DNA of 64,000 nucleotides from Enterobacter phage vB_ExiM_F4M1E. The translations under genes were made by a program, and so were the position numbers. Position 1 is the stretch's first letter. Each line of letters begins with the position of its first letter. The DNA lies in sequence record OL744216.1; one strand, given 5' to 3'. This document shows positions 1 to 9,193 of the stretch, piece by piece. The notes beneath the pieces were generated by a model that searched no databases, was not told the DNA's origin, and worked only from the letters and a program-made list of their open reading frames with translations.

Positions 1-6
1 CCAACC

Positions 7-765
7 TTGGCTTTCCCTGAGAAGGTCAAAGACATCTATTCCCAAGTCTCTGGTCCAGCGGTCCGTGTTGATTTGGATGGTACGCTGAAATACACAGGTG
101 TCAATGGTAACGCTGCCGTTGTTTCCACGTCTGCTGCACAGAATACCAACTACACTTGGGCCACTGTAGGGACCCCGGGCGTTGTTTATGAGAGAGCCAA
201 AGCTGTCAACGGACAGATTAGAGATCCAAACAGTGCGGGTGCTCTTCAGGTTGCTGCCTTGGTTGCACAAACCGCCGACGGAAAATGGTGGGGTAGTGGT
301 TCTCTCTCTATGCTGGGCGCTAGTAGTTCTGATGCTGCCGGACCTTCACTGCAACCGTTGGATAGTATCCCGGTCGGTTGTGAATTGTACGTCTCTCAGA
401 TGGTCAGTCAGAACATCCCTGGCATTAGTTGGCGTAGAGGTTTGCAGTCGTTCATTGTAGACAAACAGGCGGGAATTTACAAGTCAGCGGGAACTCAAGG
501 AGGGGCATACTCTCTGTTCAGGAATTTGGCAACCTCTTCCAGTTCTACTGTTTATACGGATGTTGACCAAGCGATCCTTGATGATGGCGGTATTGATTAC
601 GTTGTCGAGGGATATGGGGACCAATTCACTGCCTTGGTTACAAACGGCGGGCACATCTTCTGGTGTGGTCGTGGATACACAGGCACTCAGTGGCCTGTGC
701 CATTCCGTGTTGCAAGTGCATACAATGGTCGTCTGGACGATGAAAAACTCCTTCCACCGGAGTAA
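7..765 (+). CDS. tail fibre / receptor-binding protein, C-terminal fragment (gene starts upstream of window)
   Basis: ORF open to the window edge; Gly/Ser/Thr-rich sequence typical of fibre distal domains; followed by a strong terminator. Confidence 0.45.
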   Translation: MAFPEKVKDIYSQVSGPAVRVDLDGTLKYTGVNGNAAVVSTSAAQNTNYTWATVGTPGVVYERAKAVNGQIRDPNSAGALQVAALVAQTADGKWWGSGSLSMLGASSSDAAGPSLQPLDSIPVGCELYVSQMVSQNIPGISWRRGLQSFIVDKQAGIYKSAGTQGGAYSLFRNLATSSSSTVYTDVDQAILDDGGIDYVVEGYGDQFTALVTNGGHIFWCGRGYTGTQWPVPFRVASAYNGRLDDEKLLPPE

Positions 766-766
766 T

Positions 767-800
767 AAAAAAGGCACCCGATTGGGTGCCTTTTCTTTTA
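767..800. terminator. bidirectional rho-independent terminator between late (+) and replication (-) blocks
   Basis: AAGGCACCC-gatt-GGGTGCCTT stem flanked by an A-run and TTTTCTTTT. Confidence 0.7.
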
Positions 801-807
801 TCACAAC

Positions 808-2034
808 TTAAAACGGAATATCGTCATCGAAATCAACGTCCGGAGGGGTCATGTCAATGTGACCATTGTTGACCACCGGAGCCTGCGGGGTTTCAACTTT
901 AGGTTGCGGATCAGGTGCAGTCTGAGACTGAGTCGTCTGAACCGTGTTATTACCAGAAGGTTGTTCGCCCTTGACGTATGCGGATACCCCGGGAACAACT
1001 TCACTCATCAGTCCACGGGCATAAGCCAGCAGCTTACCAGTAATCTCTTCTGGGTTGTCATTCTCGCCAACCTGAATATCACGAGTGGCGTTCAGAACCG
1101 CATGGCCTACCATCGCACCCAGATCGTAATCAGACATACCTTTGTTAGCCGGATCATTCGCAGCATCCAGTTTCAGATGCTTGGTAACATCATGAACAAC
1201 CTTGGCTACTTCCACAACCGGAGGGATAGTCAGACCGCTACGGCGCAGGTTCAGGGCACCGTTCAGTGCATGGCCCGTTTCCATACCGGAGTTGTCCTTC
1301 TTGAAACCCCCTTTGGAACCACCCGCGCCTGAACCCGCAGAACCTTTTGGCCCGTAGGCTTTGAAACCGGACAGCGTACCGTCTTCAGCACGTTGGCCCG
1401 CCAAGCGACCACCGACCTGAACCTGAGCAATCTGCTCTTTGTTCAGAACAACAGAGACTTCATTACCGTTCTCATCCTTCACCACAGCGCCTGTATCGCC
1501 CAGGGAGAGGATTTCTCCGTAAACCTTAGTGGTTTTGCCACCTGAAGCGTTGGACGTCGCAGAGGACGTCTGAGAGCCTCCTGCATTGCCTGCCGGGGCA
1601 GCATCACGGGCACCGGACTTGTCGGTAATAACGATCTTGGATTTCTTACCTTCTGGTGCAGATCGCTCGTTTCCGTCAGCGTCGGTCCACTTACGGATCT
1701 GAACAGGAACACGAATAGCCATACCCGGCTTCAGATCAATCCACACGTCACCTTCTTTCACCTGATACTGATTTTCGTACTTCGGATTCTTAACTTCGTG
1801 GGTTCCGAAGCTGATCCACACTTGATCTTCCCCGTTTTTAACGAGCAGGGACGCCTTGTGTGTTGCCACGATAGTTTTACCCTTGTTAGGACCCTTGTTG
1901 ATAGGGGTAATTTTAGGGCTACCGTCCTCGTTCAGGCGTTTAATGTTGATACGCTCAATAGTACCAACAGCCAGGCTTACCGTAGAGTTGTCGATCGGGT
2001 TAACTACTTCGGTAATTACTTTAACATCAGACAT
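808..2034 (-). CDS. ssb: single-stranded DNA-binding protein with acidic C-terminal tail
   Basis: Gly-rich linkers; C-terminus DVDFDDDIPF, the last six residues identical to the E. coli SSB tail tip DDDIPF. Confidence 0.6.
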   Translation of the reverse strand: MSDVKVITEVVNPIDNSTVSLAVGTIERINIKRLNEDGSPKITPINKGPNKGKTIVATHKASLLVKNGEDQVWISFGTHEVKNPKYENQYQVKEGDVWIDLKPGMAIRVPVQIRKWTDADGNERSAPEGKKSKIVITDKSGARDAAPAGNAGGSQTSSATSNASGGKTTKVYGEILSLGDTGAVVKDENGNEVSVVLNKEQIAQVQVGGRLAGQRAEDGTLSGFKAYGPKGSAGSGAGGSKGGFKKDNSGMETGHALNGALNLRRSGLTIPPVVEVAKVVHDVTKHLKLDAANDPANKGMSDYDLGAMVGHAVLNATRDIQVGENDNPEEITGKLLAYARGLMSEVVPGVSAYVKGEQPSGNNTVQTTQSQTAPDPQPKVETPQAPVVNNGHIDMTPPDVDFDDDIPF

Positions 2035-2119
2035 TCACTTCTCCTTCGAGGATAAACAAGGCCCCAGAATTGAGGCCAGAACAACAGGTTACCACATTTA
2101 CTCAGAGTTGCAAGGTGCC

Positions 2120-2305
2120 TTACCAGACACCGAACCAAACACCAATGCCGTGGACAACACCGATCGGGGCGAAGATAGCGCCAGCAATCAGGAACAGCCA
2201 AGATGCAGTTTTGATACACACCACAACGTGGGTGAACCATGCAACGATGGATGCGATTACCAGTGCCAGCCAACCCAGACCTAAACCTGCCAGTAGCTTG
2301 TTCAT
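2120..2305 (-). CDS. small membrane protein (2 TM helices)
   Basis: hydrophobic 61 aa; AGGAGAGG RBS 6 nt upstream. Confidence 0.5.
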   Translation of the reverse strand: MNKLLAGLGLGWLALVIASIVAWFTHVVVCIKTASWLFLIAGAIFAPIGVVHGIGVWFGVW

Positions 2306-2317
2306 TTCCTCTCCTTT

Positions 2318-2695
2318 TTACAAATAAACGCGCTGCACCTCTTTGTCTGCTTGATCAAACATCAAGTTTGCAGCATTAATGTCCTTAATCATCTCCTCCG
2401 TCATCTGATCCGGGCGGAAGGCCCGCAGTGAACGTTTGAAGAGGACTTTCGGATCTTCAGTTACATCTCCCGACACATCGAACATCTTGATGATCATCTT
2501 CACCGGAACCTCACGAGAAATCTGCCCGCCGACGTTGATGGCATATGTCGCCCCTACTTCAACTTGACGGTGGTCCAGTTCGTACATCAGGTTCAGGTTA
2601 ACGTATTTGTATTCGTCGCAGCGAGTAATGTTCTTCTGTGCCTGAACACAAACCCAGCCCGGCTCAACAAAAGTGTTATCGAAAATGCTCATCAT
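2318..2695 (-). CDS. hypothetical protein
   Basis: 125 aa ORF with GAGGAAG RBS. Confidence 0.5.
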   Translation of the reverse strand: MMSIFDNTFVEPGWVCVQAQKNITRCDEYKYVNLNLMYELDHRQVEVGATYAINVGGQISREVPVKMIIKMFDVSGDVTEDPKVLFKRSLRAFRPDQMTEEMIKDINAANLMFDQADKEVQRVYL

Positions 2696-2747
2696 GTCTT
2701 CCTCATCAGTTAATGTTGTGACCAGTATACCTACATTCCCGCAGAAG

Positions 2748-3401
2748 TCAACTTACTTTTGAAATTACCAGTTTTTGAACGTAGCCCTGCAACAGGGCGT
2801 AAGTTACACCACCTACATAACTACCGCCGACAGAGAGTCTCTCCCCGGCACCGAACCAATTGGGCACAGAAAAGTTCTGAACTTCCCCGCTCACCATATT
2901 TCTCACACGGATCTGCCGAGAGTCCGGGTAAGTTTCGATTCGCAGATTAAAAACTTGGCCCTGATTACCATTGATCGAGCAACGAACATAATTTCCGCTG
3001 TTGTCTGTTGGGAACAATTGGTGCCCTCCAACCCCGACCATTCCATAATGCGCCAGTCCGGCGACGATCCTTGTGGCGTAGTCGCCAGAACACCACACCA
3101 TCTGGGTTGCAGAAGGACTAAGGCTTTGGAAAACAACCTCAATCACCATAGGATCTGTGGACAGATCCACTGAAGACTGAGTTTGGAAATACCCTTGGCC
3201 TTGGGCAGGTATGAACTGCATGACCCTTCCAATCCCTGCAACATCGACTATCCTTGGGCCTGTGCCGACCAAAGAGAAGGTGTGGTTTTCAGACCAGTCC
3301 TTCAAGACAGTCTCGCCGAGAGATTGCCGTGTGGCATCCACATAGAGAATGGCGTCCTCTTTGCGAGATGACTTCCCTATAATCATTATCTCGTTCATCA
3401 A
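2748..3401 (-). CDS. hypothetical protein
   Basis: 217 aa ORF, GGAGAAA RBS, stop overlaps next start. Confidence 0.5.
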   Translation of the reverse strand: MMNEIMIIGKSSRKEDAILYVDATRQSLGETVLKDWSENHTFSLVGTGPRIVDVAGIGRVMQFIPAQGQGYFQTQSSVDLSTDPMVIEVVFQSLSPSATQMVWCSGDYATRIVAGLAHYGMVGVGGHQLFPTDNSGNYVRCSINGNQGQVFNLRIETYPDSRQIRVRNMVSGEVQNFSVPNWFGAGERLSVGGSYVGGVTYALLQGYVQKLVISKVS

Positions 3402-3769
3402 TTTCTCCGAGGTTTTAAAACACCTGATTTTGAAAGAGGAATCTCATCGGCATCTCTGCCTTTCTCTCCATCTTTCCCATCCTTTCCGGCCTTTCCTGGT
3501 TTGCCCTCCGGGCCTGCCGGACCCGCTGGACCTGGCACATAAACATACTGCGGTTCAGTCAACGCTGCAATAAACAGTAGTATTGCCCAAGCAACACCAT
3601 TGACCCACAATGCAGGCCACATCGAAAAGAATACAGACAGGGCCAAGATCAATGTCGCATTGCGATGATCTCTTCGCCGAGCGATCAAGTACGGGGCCAT
3701 CCAGAACAACACGAACAGCCATGCAGAACCTGTGAACAAAGACCACATCAGATCAACAAACTCTGTCAT
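3398..3769 (-). CDS. membrane protein with collagen-like G-X-Y repeat (GPAGPAGPEGKPGKAGKDGKDGEKG)
   Basis: 3 hydrophobic helices N-terminal, collagen-like tract C-terminal. Confidence 0.5.
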   Translation of the reverse strand: MTEFVDLMWSLFTGSAWLFVLFWMAPYLIARRRDHRNATLILALSVFFSMWPALWVNGVAWAILLFIAALTEPQYVYVPGPAGPAGPEGKPGKAGKDGKDGEKGRDADEIPLSKSGVLKPRRN

Positions 3770-4062
3770 TTCAGACCCTCCTGAATCTTAATGCGGAGTA
3801 CCTCTGCGTCAACAGCGTATGTGTTCTTTACCACTGCGTCCGAATCCCGGTATCGGCACATAACGCCCTTGGCCTCTCCGTTACGAGAAATAACCCAACT
3901 CATGTCATAATTGGGTTGGCTCCTGCATACCTTGTGCAACTCAACAACCTCTGTGGGAAAGAGGGACTTCTTCATACTGTAATGGTCAGGCTTTCCGTCA
4001 TCGAACAGGTCACAACCGCTAACCAAAAGCGCTGCCAGTAGAATTAATTTCTTCACATCCAC
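3766..4062 (-). CDS. lipoprotein
   Basis: signal peptide ending in lipobox LVSGC. Confidence 0.55.
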   Translation of the reverse strand: MDVKKLILLAALLVSGCDLFDDGKPDHYSMKKSLFPTEVVELHKVCRSQPNYDMSWVISRNGEAKGVMCRYRDSDAVVKNTYAVDAEVLRIKIQEGLK

Positions 4063-4198
4063 CCCGCAAATTTAGAAATTTCTGTGGAGATCATGATCCC
4101 CAAGATATACGTCATAGAGAAGGCGACAGTCCAGTACATAAATCGGGTTCCCGCCATCGCTACCAGAATGAACAATATAACAAAAGTTTCAGGCGATA

Positions 4199-4621
4199 TC
4201 AACATTTTGTTGCCCCCATGCGGAGTTTCTCCTCTTCCTCATCAACCTCATCCTCTGCCCGGGCCATGATTTGATAAATCGTCTCGGGATTGTCGAGAAA
4301 CTCGGTATACTTCTTGATCCTGACTGCCAGTTTGCCGCGAACCTTACGCTCTCGCATCTGCTGGTTTTGCATGAAGCCTTTTTGGAACAGGATGAAGTAG
4401 TAGACCTGTTTTGCCCTGTTACGATCACAACCGAGTGCGATGGCGAAGTCATTGAAGCAGTCACTCTCGTGTTTGACCATAAAAATGTCCCAGAACACCT
4501 CACGAGCCTTCGCAAGCTCTTCCGGGGTAACTCGGGGCCACTCAGGACTACCGTACTTAACACCTTTTGACACCCCGGTGCGGTTCGGCGCTTTAGGGTA
4601 AACTTTTCTTGTATTGCTCAT
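4199..4621 (-). CDS. hypothetical protein (start reassigned to MSNTRKVY)
   Basis: GAGGAGTGA RBS before internal ATG; upstream part of track ORF lacks RBS. Confidence 0.45.
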   Translation of the reverse strand: MSNTRKVYPKAPNRTGVSKGVKYGSPEWPRVTPEELAKAREVFWDIFMVKHESDCFNDFAIALGCDRNRAKQVYYFILFQKGFMQNQQMRERKVRGKLAVRIKKYTEFLDNPETIYQIMARAEDEVDEEEEKLRMGATKC

Positions 4622-4649
4622 TTCATCACTCCTCAAGGTAAAACGTTAT

Positions 4650-4682
4650 TCCACTGGATGGGGGCCGAAGCCCCCGGATATT
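4650..4682. repeat. intergenic GGGGGC-cgaa-GCCCCC hairpin (palindrome family, no -35/-10)
   Basis: 6-bp GC stem with tetraloop between two minus-strand genes. Confidence 0.4.
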
Positions 4683-4684
4683 AC

Positions 4685-5353
4685 TTAGTCGCAGGACGAG
4701 GAACTTGAACCACTGTCATACGAACTGGAGTCGTAAGAACTGCTGGAAGAAGAACCATAGCTCGAACTGCTGTAGCTGTCGTCAGAAGACGAGTAGCTTG
4801 AACTGTACGTTGAGGTCGCAGCGGAACTGCGGCACTCTTCCACCGGGGCAGGCTGCGCCGCCGGGGTGTCATCACTCAGGATCGCTCCGGCTGCATAGCC
4901 ATACAGCGCTGCGTTTACCGGATCAATACCGTGAGAAACGACATGACCACCTGTGCTGTGCGGAGTATCGTCCAGTCGGCGGGCAGGTGCCGGAGAACCG
5001 GACACTTTAGCCTGCTTAATGAACTGACGCTTCGCTTTTGGCGGCAAGGTTTTACCCTTCGCATAGCTTGGAAGTTCCACACCTTTAAGCTGCTCGTTCA
5101 GAGGCTTAGGTGGGGTCTTTTCCACCGGGACTTTTACCCCAGCGGCCTTCAGGTCTGCTTCAACCTGCGCCACGCTCTCCTGAGTAGACGGCTCAACGGT
5201 CACATTAACAACGGGACGTTCATAGCTGCGAGACTCCACAGTCACAACACGTTTAGTCTGTGATTGCTTGGCGATGTATTCGTCAACCTTCACGTCATCA
5301 ATCTTCGCCGGGGCGAACAGGGCTTTTACCCACGCTACAAACCTCTTGATCAT
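4685..5353 (-). CDS. protein with Ser/Tyr/Asp low-complexity C-terminal tail
   Basis: 222 aa; C-terminal about 45 residues almost exclusively S/Y/D. Confidence 0.5.
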   Translation of the reverse strand: MIKRFVAWVKALFAPAKIDDVKVDEYIAKQSQTKRVVTVESRSYERPVVNVTVEPSTQESVAQVEADLKAAGVKVPVEKTPPKPLNEQLKGVELPSYAKGKTLPPKAKRQFIKQAKVSGSPAPARRLDDTPHSTGGHVVSHGIDPVNAALYGYAAGAILSDDTPAAQPAPVEECRSSAATSTYSSSYSSSDDSYSSSSYGSSSSSSYDSSSYDSGSSSSSCD

Positions 5354-5565
5354 ACTTCCTCTCCTTCTTCGTTGAGAACAGTCAGCAAATTGGTGCCCAG
5401 CAGGCCAGCGGAGATCAGATCATCAATACCTGCCTGCCCGGTGAGTCCATCTTCAAAACAGTCAGCCAGATTTTCGTTCTCCAGCATCCAGTTATTAGCG
5501 GCCTTTTCGGAGGTGAACAACAAGCCTTCATGACCGATGTCCCACTCACAGAAAATCTCAAACAT
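5350..5565 (-). CDS. acidic hypothetical protein
   Basis: 71 aa ORF, ATGA-type overlap with neighbours. Confidence 0.45.
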   Translation of the reverse strand: MFEIFCEWDIGHEGLLFTSEKAANNWMLENENLADCFEDGLTGQAGIDDLISAGLLGTNLLTVLNEEGEEV

Positions 5566-5894
5566 TATCCTCTCCTCTTATTGTAAACTTCCCTCGCCCA
5601 TTTCACAGCCGCTTCAAGTACGTCTCCGTGACATGGATGGGGATGACAGAAGCATACCAGATCTTTACCTTCCAAAGCAAGAAGATCTTCAATGGTAATT
5701 TTCCCGGACCTGATCTGTTCCCACAACCAAACACGGTATCGTTCAATTGTGGCCCCTCTCGGCTCTTCTTTCGACAGCTTAAAGGGGTTGGCGAACTTAG
5801 ACTGCTTTAGCCCGAAGTGGGGCATGGCGCGGCCTATGTACACAGCATTATCCGGGATTACTTTACTCAGGTGGTAAAAGTTAAGGACCGCCAT
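5565..5894 (-). CDS. DUF4326-like protein
   Basis: VYIGR...NPF...C.C.P.PCHGDVL pattern reminiscent of DUF4326. Confidence 0.4.
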   Translation of the reverse strand: MAVLNFYHLSKVIPDNAVYIGRAMPHFGLKQSKFANPFKLSKEEPRGATIERYRVWLWEQIRSGKITIEDLLALEGKDLVCFCHPHPCHGDVLEAAVKWAREVYNKRRG

Positions 5895-6184
5895 TATCGG
5901 TCGGCCTTTAACTTCTTGTCAACCTCCGCCACCATACGGTTCAGTTCAGCCATTTCTTCGTCCAGCTTCTTGTTGATAGGTTTCCCAAACAACCAGAATT
6001 TATCCTTCGCAAAGTCCACCTTGTCGGCTGTCCACTGGCAAAGGTCTTCCAACTTTCCCGCCAGGAAACTGCCAAAGGCAGCGAGCAGGCTGAACGGGAT
6101 CAGTACGGCACGATGTGGGTTAAGCACAATGAGCACTGTCAGCAGAAGAATGACTTTACCAAACTTCGTTAGCACCTTCAACAT
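5894..6184 (-). CDS. membrane protein
   Basis: two hydrophobic helices. Confidence 0.5.
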   Translation of the reverse strand: MLKVLTKFGKVILLLTVLIVLNPHRAVLIPFSLLAAFGSFLAGKLEDLCQWTADKVDFAKDKFWLFGKPINKKLDEEMAELNRMVAEVDKKLKADR

Positions 6185-6586
6185 TTAATTCCCCTCCAAA
6201 CGAACATGTGGGTCAGCAAGATCATCCAACCCGTAATCCCAGAGGTCCATCCCAAAGTGACGAACACCATCCTCTGGCTCGTAGCCCGGTCGGGTGCATG
6301 GAGACACCCAAATACCTTCGACATTTGCTTCGACAAGCCCCTCTACACCAATACGGCTGTATGTCAGATAAGGGACCAACACCGGATCTTTTTCGCCGCA
6401 ACCGCAGTCACAGACCCATGCTTTTCCTTCCCCGACATACGGAAGTTTCTCTGCCGGGATGAAATTTAACTGCGCCAGAGGGAATCTTTGGATCATCGCC
6501 GCTTGGTAGTCCGGGCCTACCAACCCGGATACGAAAGCATTGACTTCTTCAGATTGCTTCTCAACGAGTTCGCCGTTATTTAGCAT
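6185..6586 (-). CDS. hypothetical protein
   Basis: 133 aa ORF with CDCGCGE Cys cluster. Confidence 0.5.
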   Translation of the reverse strand: MLNNGELVEKQSEEVNAFVSGLVGPDYQAAMIQRFPLAQLNFIPAEKLPYVGEGKAWVCDCGCGEKDPVLVPYLTYSRIGVEGLVEANVEGIWVSPCTRPGYEPEDGVRHFGMDLWDYGLDDLADPHVRLEGN

Positions 6587-6923
6587 CCAAAAGCTCCTTC
6601 TTGGTTTTGATTTCCTGATTAACTTTCACGTAAACATCCTTGGCGATCGGCTTGTAACAACGATCGTCAGAGAAGATGTACCCGGCCTGCTTGGCTTCAT
6701 ACTTCTCGCATGTCGCATAGTGGCGCTTATAGTCGCCGTAGTCCATACGGATAATCAGCGGAGACAAAATGAATCCCCAGAAGATAACACCGACCCCAAC
6801 ACCCGCCAGTTTATACTTCCATGACTCACCAAGACCCTGTACAAACCCAAAAAGCGCGCCCGCAATCACAAACACCAGAACCATGTCTGCATTTTTAAAC
6901 AAAAACTCAAAGAAACCGATCAT
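6576..6923 (-). CDS. membrane protein
   Basis: hydrophobic N-terminal half. Confidence 0.5.
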   Translation of the reverse strand: MIGFFEFLFKNADMVLVFVIAGALFGFVQGLGESWKYKLAGVGVGVIFWGFILSPLIIRMDYGDYKRHYATCEKYEAKQAGYIFSDDRCYKPIAKDVYVKVNQEIKTKKELLDAK

Positions 6924-6934
6924 ATGTACTTCCC

Positions 6935-7120
6935 CTATTTTAAATTTTTCTGAAGGTTGTCAACTTGATTTTCAAGTTCCTTGGCAAGGGCCAGTGCCTT
7001 GTTGTGGTACTTGTCTTTGAACGCCTGCTTGGTCGTCCATTTCAGCCCGGGAGTTGTGATAATCGCCATCATCAGCGAAATACCAAATAACTTAACGGCT
7101 TTTGAAAATAAACCTTTCAT
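6935..7120 (-). CDS. small membrane/secreted protein
   Basis: 61 aa with hydrophobic core. Confidence 0.35.
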   Translation of the reverse strand: MKGLFSKAVKLFGISLMMAIITTPGLKWTTKQAFKDKYHNKALALAKELENQVDNLQKNLK

Positions 7121-7128
7121 GATCCTCC

Positions 7129-7350
7129 TTAAAAATCAAACTGTTTAGTTAACTTTTTCATCGTGCCTTGATATGACGGGTGCAGTTTGTAATTGCACCC
7201 CTTCTCAACACACCAATCCGAAGCCGGGTTACGAAGCGCCACCAAACCACACCAGGCACAGACTTGCTTGCCTGCGTGTTTGTCCAGATAGAAGTGGTGA
7301 CGCTCATAATGATACTCTTCTTTCTGCCCCTTGTCTACCTTTTTCACCAT
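7129..7350 (-). CDS. Cys/His-rich putative zinc-binding protein
   Basis: CAWCG...C..C/H pattern. Confidence 0.45.
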   Translation of the reverse strand: MVKKVDKGQKEEYHYERHHFYLDKHAGKQVCAWCGLVALRNPASDWCVEKGCNYKLHPSYQGTMKKLTKQFDF

Positions 7351-8018
7351 CCGAATTTCTCCGTTGGAAGATAAACTTGCTGCTGGTTACGAAGTACCAG
7401 TCGCAGATCTTTTTGTGGCTCAAGATAGTCAGTCTCGGTCACACGAATAAGGTATCGCCAGCCCGGCGCACGGGCCTGTTGTGCGGTGTGCAGTTCCCAC
7501 CAGTCCCATTCAACCACCTGACCGTCCGGCGCGTCGTAGGTGTCAAGGAGGCCCTTGTTATCCATCTCACAAACCTGGCTGGAGATCCCGGCGTACAGAT
7601 TCGGGAGGTTCTCCGTGACCAAGTTGATATTGCGTGAGGCAATGAACTTCGTCGGGCAATCCCCACCGACAACCAGCAGATGGTAGCGAGGGGACTCAGT
7701 GCCTTCCTGCATGTGGATGTGCGGAGCGCCAGAGGCTGGGGACAGAGACTTCCCACCACGAGGAACGCCATCCGTGTGCCAACCAGGGATCGCAGGGATC
7801 ATGCCCGACATCAGCATGTGGGTTTTCACATCAACCACGATATGCTTTTTATCGCCACGCAGGTTAATAGCCTGGAGGGCCGCACGGGTTACGTCCCCGC
7901 CGAAGCGGAAAGCATCATCGAACGATGCGTTCCACAGACCCTGTGTGTTCTTGATGTCGTCCTGAGACGGCTTCTCGATCTTATTGCCAAACTGTACTTC
8001 GCCACGGTTAAATTTCAT
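7344..8018 (-). CDS. 2OG-Fe(II) oxygenase superfamily protein (PhyH-like)
   Basis: PGWHTDG (WHxD) facial-triad motif plus downstream HIHM histidine. Confidence 0.45.
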   Translation of the reverse strand: MKFNRGEVQFGNKIEKPSQDDIKNTQGLWNASFDDAFRFGGDVTRAALQAINLRGDKKHIVVDVKTHMLMSGMIPAIPGWHTDGVPRGGKSLSPASGAPHIHMQEGTESPRYHLLVVGGDCPTKFIASRNINLVTENLPNLYAGISSQVCEMDNKGLLDTYDAPDGQVVEWDWWELHTAQQARAPGWRYLIRVTETDYLEPQKDLRLVLRNQQQVYLPTEKFGW

Positions 8019-8027
8019 TTCGTCACC

Positions 8028-8273
8028 TCATTGATATTGGGCTTTCCAGGTAATTCGTCCGGTCTTGCACACAAACTTATCTTCAACCACCAATCCGCTG
8101 AACGCCCCGTCCGGGGCATTGACAACGGAGTTGACCATTCTCTGCTCCCCGGTCTTTACGCAACCGTCTTGGTAGTCCTGATACTCTTGCATTCCGTAAC
8201 TGACAAGAGAGATTATAATCAAACAGCCGATTAAAGTAAACCACAATTTGAACCAAATGCTGCTGTTTTTCAT
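8028..8273 (-). CDS. secreted/membrane-anchored protein
   Basis: N-terminal signal/TM (LIGCLIIISLVSYG). Confidence 0.45.
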   Translation of the reverse strand: MKNSSIWFKLWFTLIGCLIIISLVSYGMQEYQDYQDGCVKTGEQRMVNSVVNAPDGAFSGLVVEDKFVCKTGRITWKAQYQ

Positions 8274-8536
8274 GATAATACCCCTGCATAAATGTCGATA
8301 GCTTCCTCTTTCGAGATGTGCCCATTTACCGTGTGTACTTCCTGTTTCAGGCAGTATTTACACACCCTCGACACCTGAGTTTCATGGCTCTGTGGGACCA
8401 CATATGTCGGGGTGTCGTGATGCCGGGTGATCTGAAGGGCCTCTGTTACTCTCCAGTTGTGCATGACACATTCGTCTTTCTTTTTTGTCGTGAACCAACC
8501 CATGTTACACCTCCGGTGGTAAGGTAACGCCGCCAA
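8270..8536 (-). CDS. hypothetical Cys-containing protein
   Basis: 88 aa ORF. Confidence 0.45.
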   Translation of the reverse strand: MAALPYHRRCNMGWFTTKKKDECVMHNWRVTEALQITRHHDTPTYVVPQSHETQVSRVCKYCLKQEVHTVNGHISKEEAIDIYAGVLS

Positions 8537-8720
8537 CGCTGCGGCAACGTGACAGGTATGCGGTGTTGGCCCGAGTAGCCTGATCCCTAAGCTCGTCGTT
8601 CTCTTTGGCCTGGTATTCGATGAACTTTAGCATTTCCCACAACTTGTCAATAAGTACATCCTTCTTCAAGGATTTCCAGTGTTTACGGAAGGCGATCTCG
8701 TCTTCACTCATCAGCCTTTT
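8505..8720 (-). CDS. hypothetical protein (start at MKRLMSEDE)
   Basis: GAGGAAA RBS before internal ATG. Confidence 0.4.
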   Translation of the reverse strand, partial: KRLMSEDEIAFRKHWKSLKKDVLIDKLWEMLKFIEYQAKENDELRDQATRANTAYLSRCRSVGGVTLPPEV

Positions 8721-8722
8721 CA

Positions 8723-9091
8723 TTACAGTTTCCTCATTTTCTTGATGTTTTTTGGGGACACGTAAGAGATATTGTTGAAAATCTTCATCTCTTCTGTGGT
8801 TACGCATACATTATCTGTTTCTGCACAGAACGTGCTGCCAAGCCATACGTACATGCAGCGTACATCACCGATGCCGAAGCATGGCTTATCCCGGAGGTCA
8901 CCGAAGATAAAGTTTTCATCCTTGCCCATCGGTTTTCCGTCGATAAAGATAATATACCCCTCGTCCTTGAGTTGCTGAATCTCAAAGGCCCGGTCAAAAC
9001 CCTTCATGAAGCGACGGTATGAAGACTTATTCATGAAATCACTTTCGTGAATGATTGCAGAACTTACCTGCGTGATTTTGGTGTTGTTCAT
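8723..9091 (-). CDS. hypothetical protein
   Basis: 122 aa ORF. Confidence 0.5.
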   Translation of the reverse strand: MNNTKITQVSSAIIHESDFMNKSSYRRFMKGFDRAFEIQQLKDEGYIIFIDGKPMGKDENFIFGDLRDKPCFGIGDVRCMYVWLGSTFCAETDNVCVTTEEMKIFNNISYVSPKNIKKMRKL

Positions 9092-9160
9092 GTCTTTTCC
9101 TCTTTGTTGTCGATGAGAGGATTATGCGGGAAATCAGGAGGGAAGTCAACAATTTTGTGC

Positions 9161-9187
9161 AAATAAAAAGGCCACCCGAAGGTGGCC
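9161..9187 (-). terminator. rho-independent terminator
   Basis: GGCCACC-cgaa-GGTGGCC stem followed by a T-run on the minus strand. Confidence 0.65.
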
Positions 9188-9193
9188 TCAATC

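Noticed and set aside
182-460. Internal ORFs inside the tail-fibre fragment (182-460 +, 484-804 -, 560-811 +)
   Set aside because: They overlap the in-frame continuation of the late gene, with no RBS.
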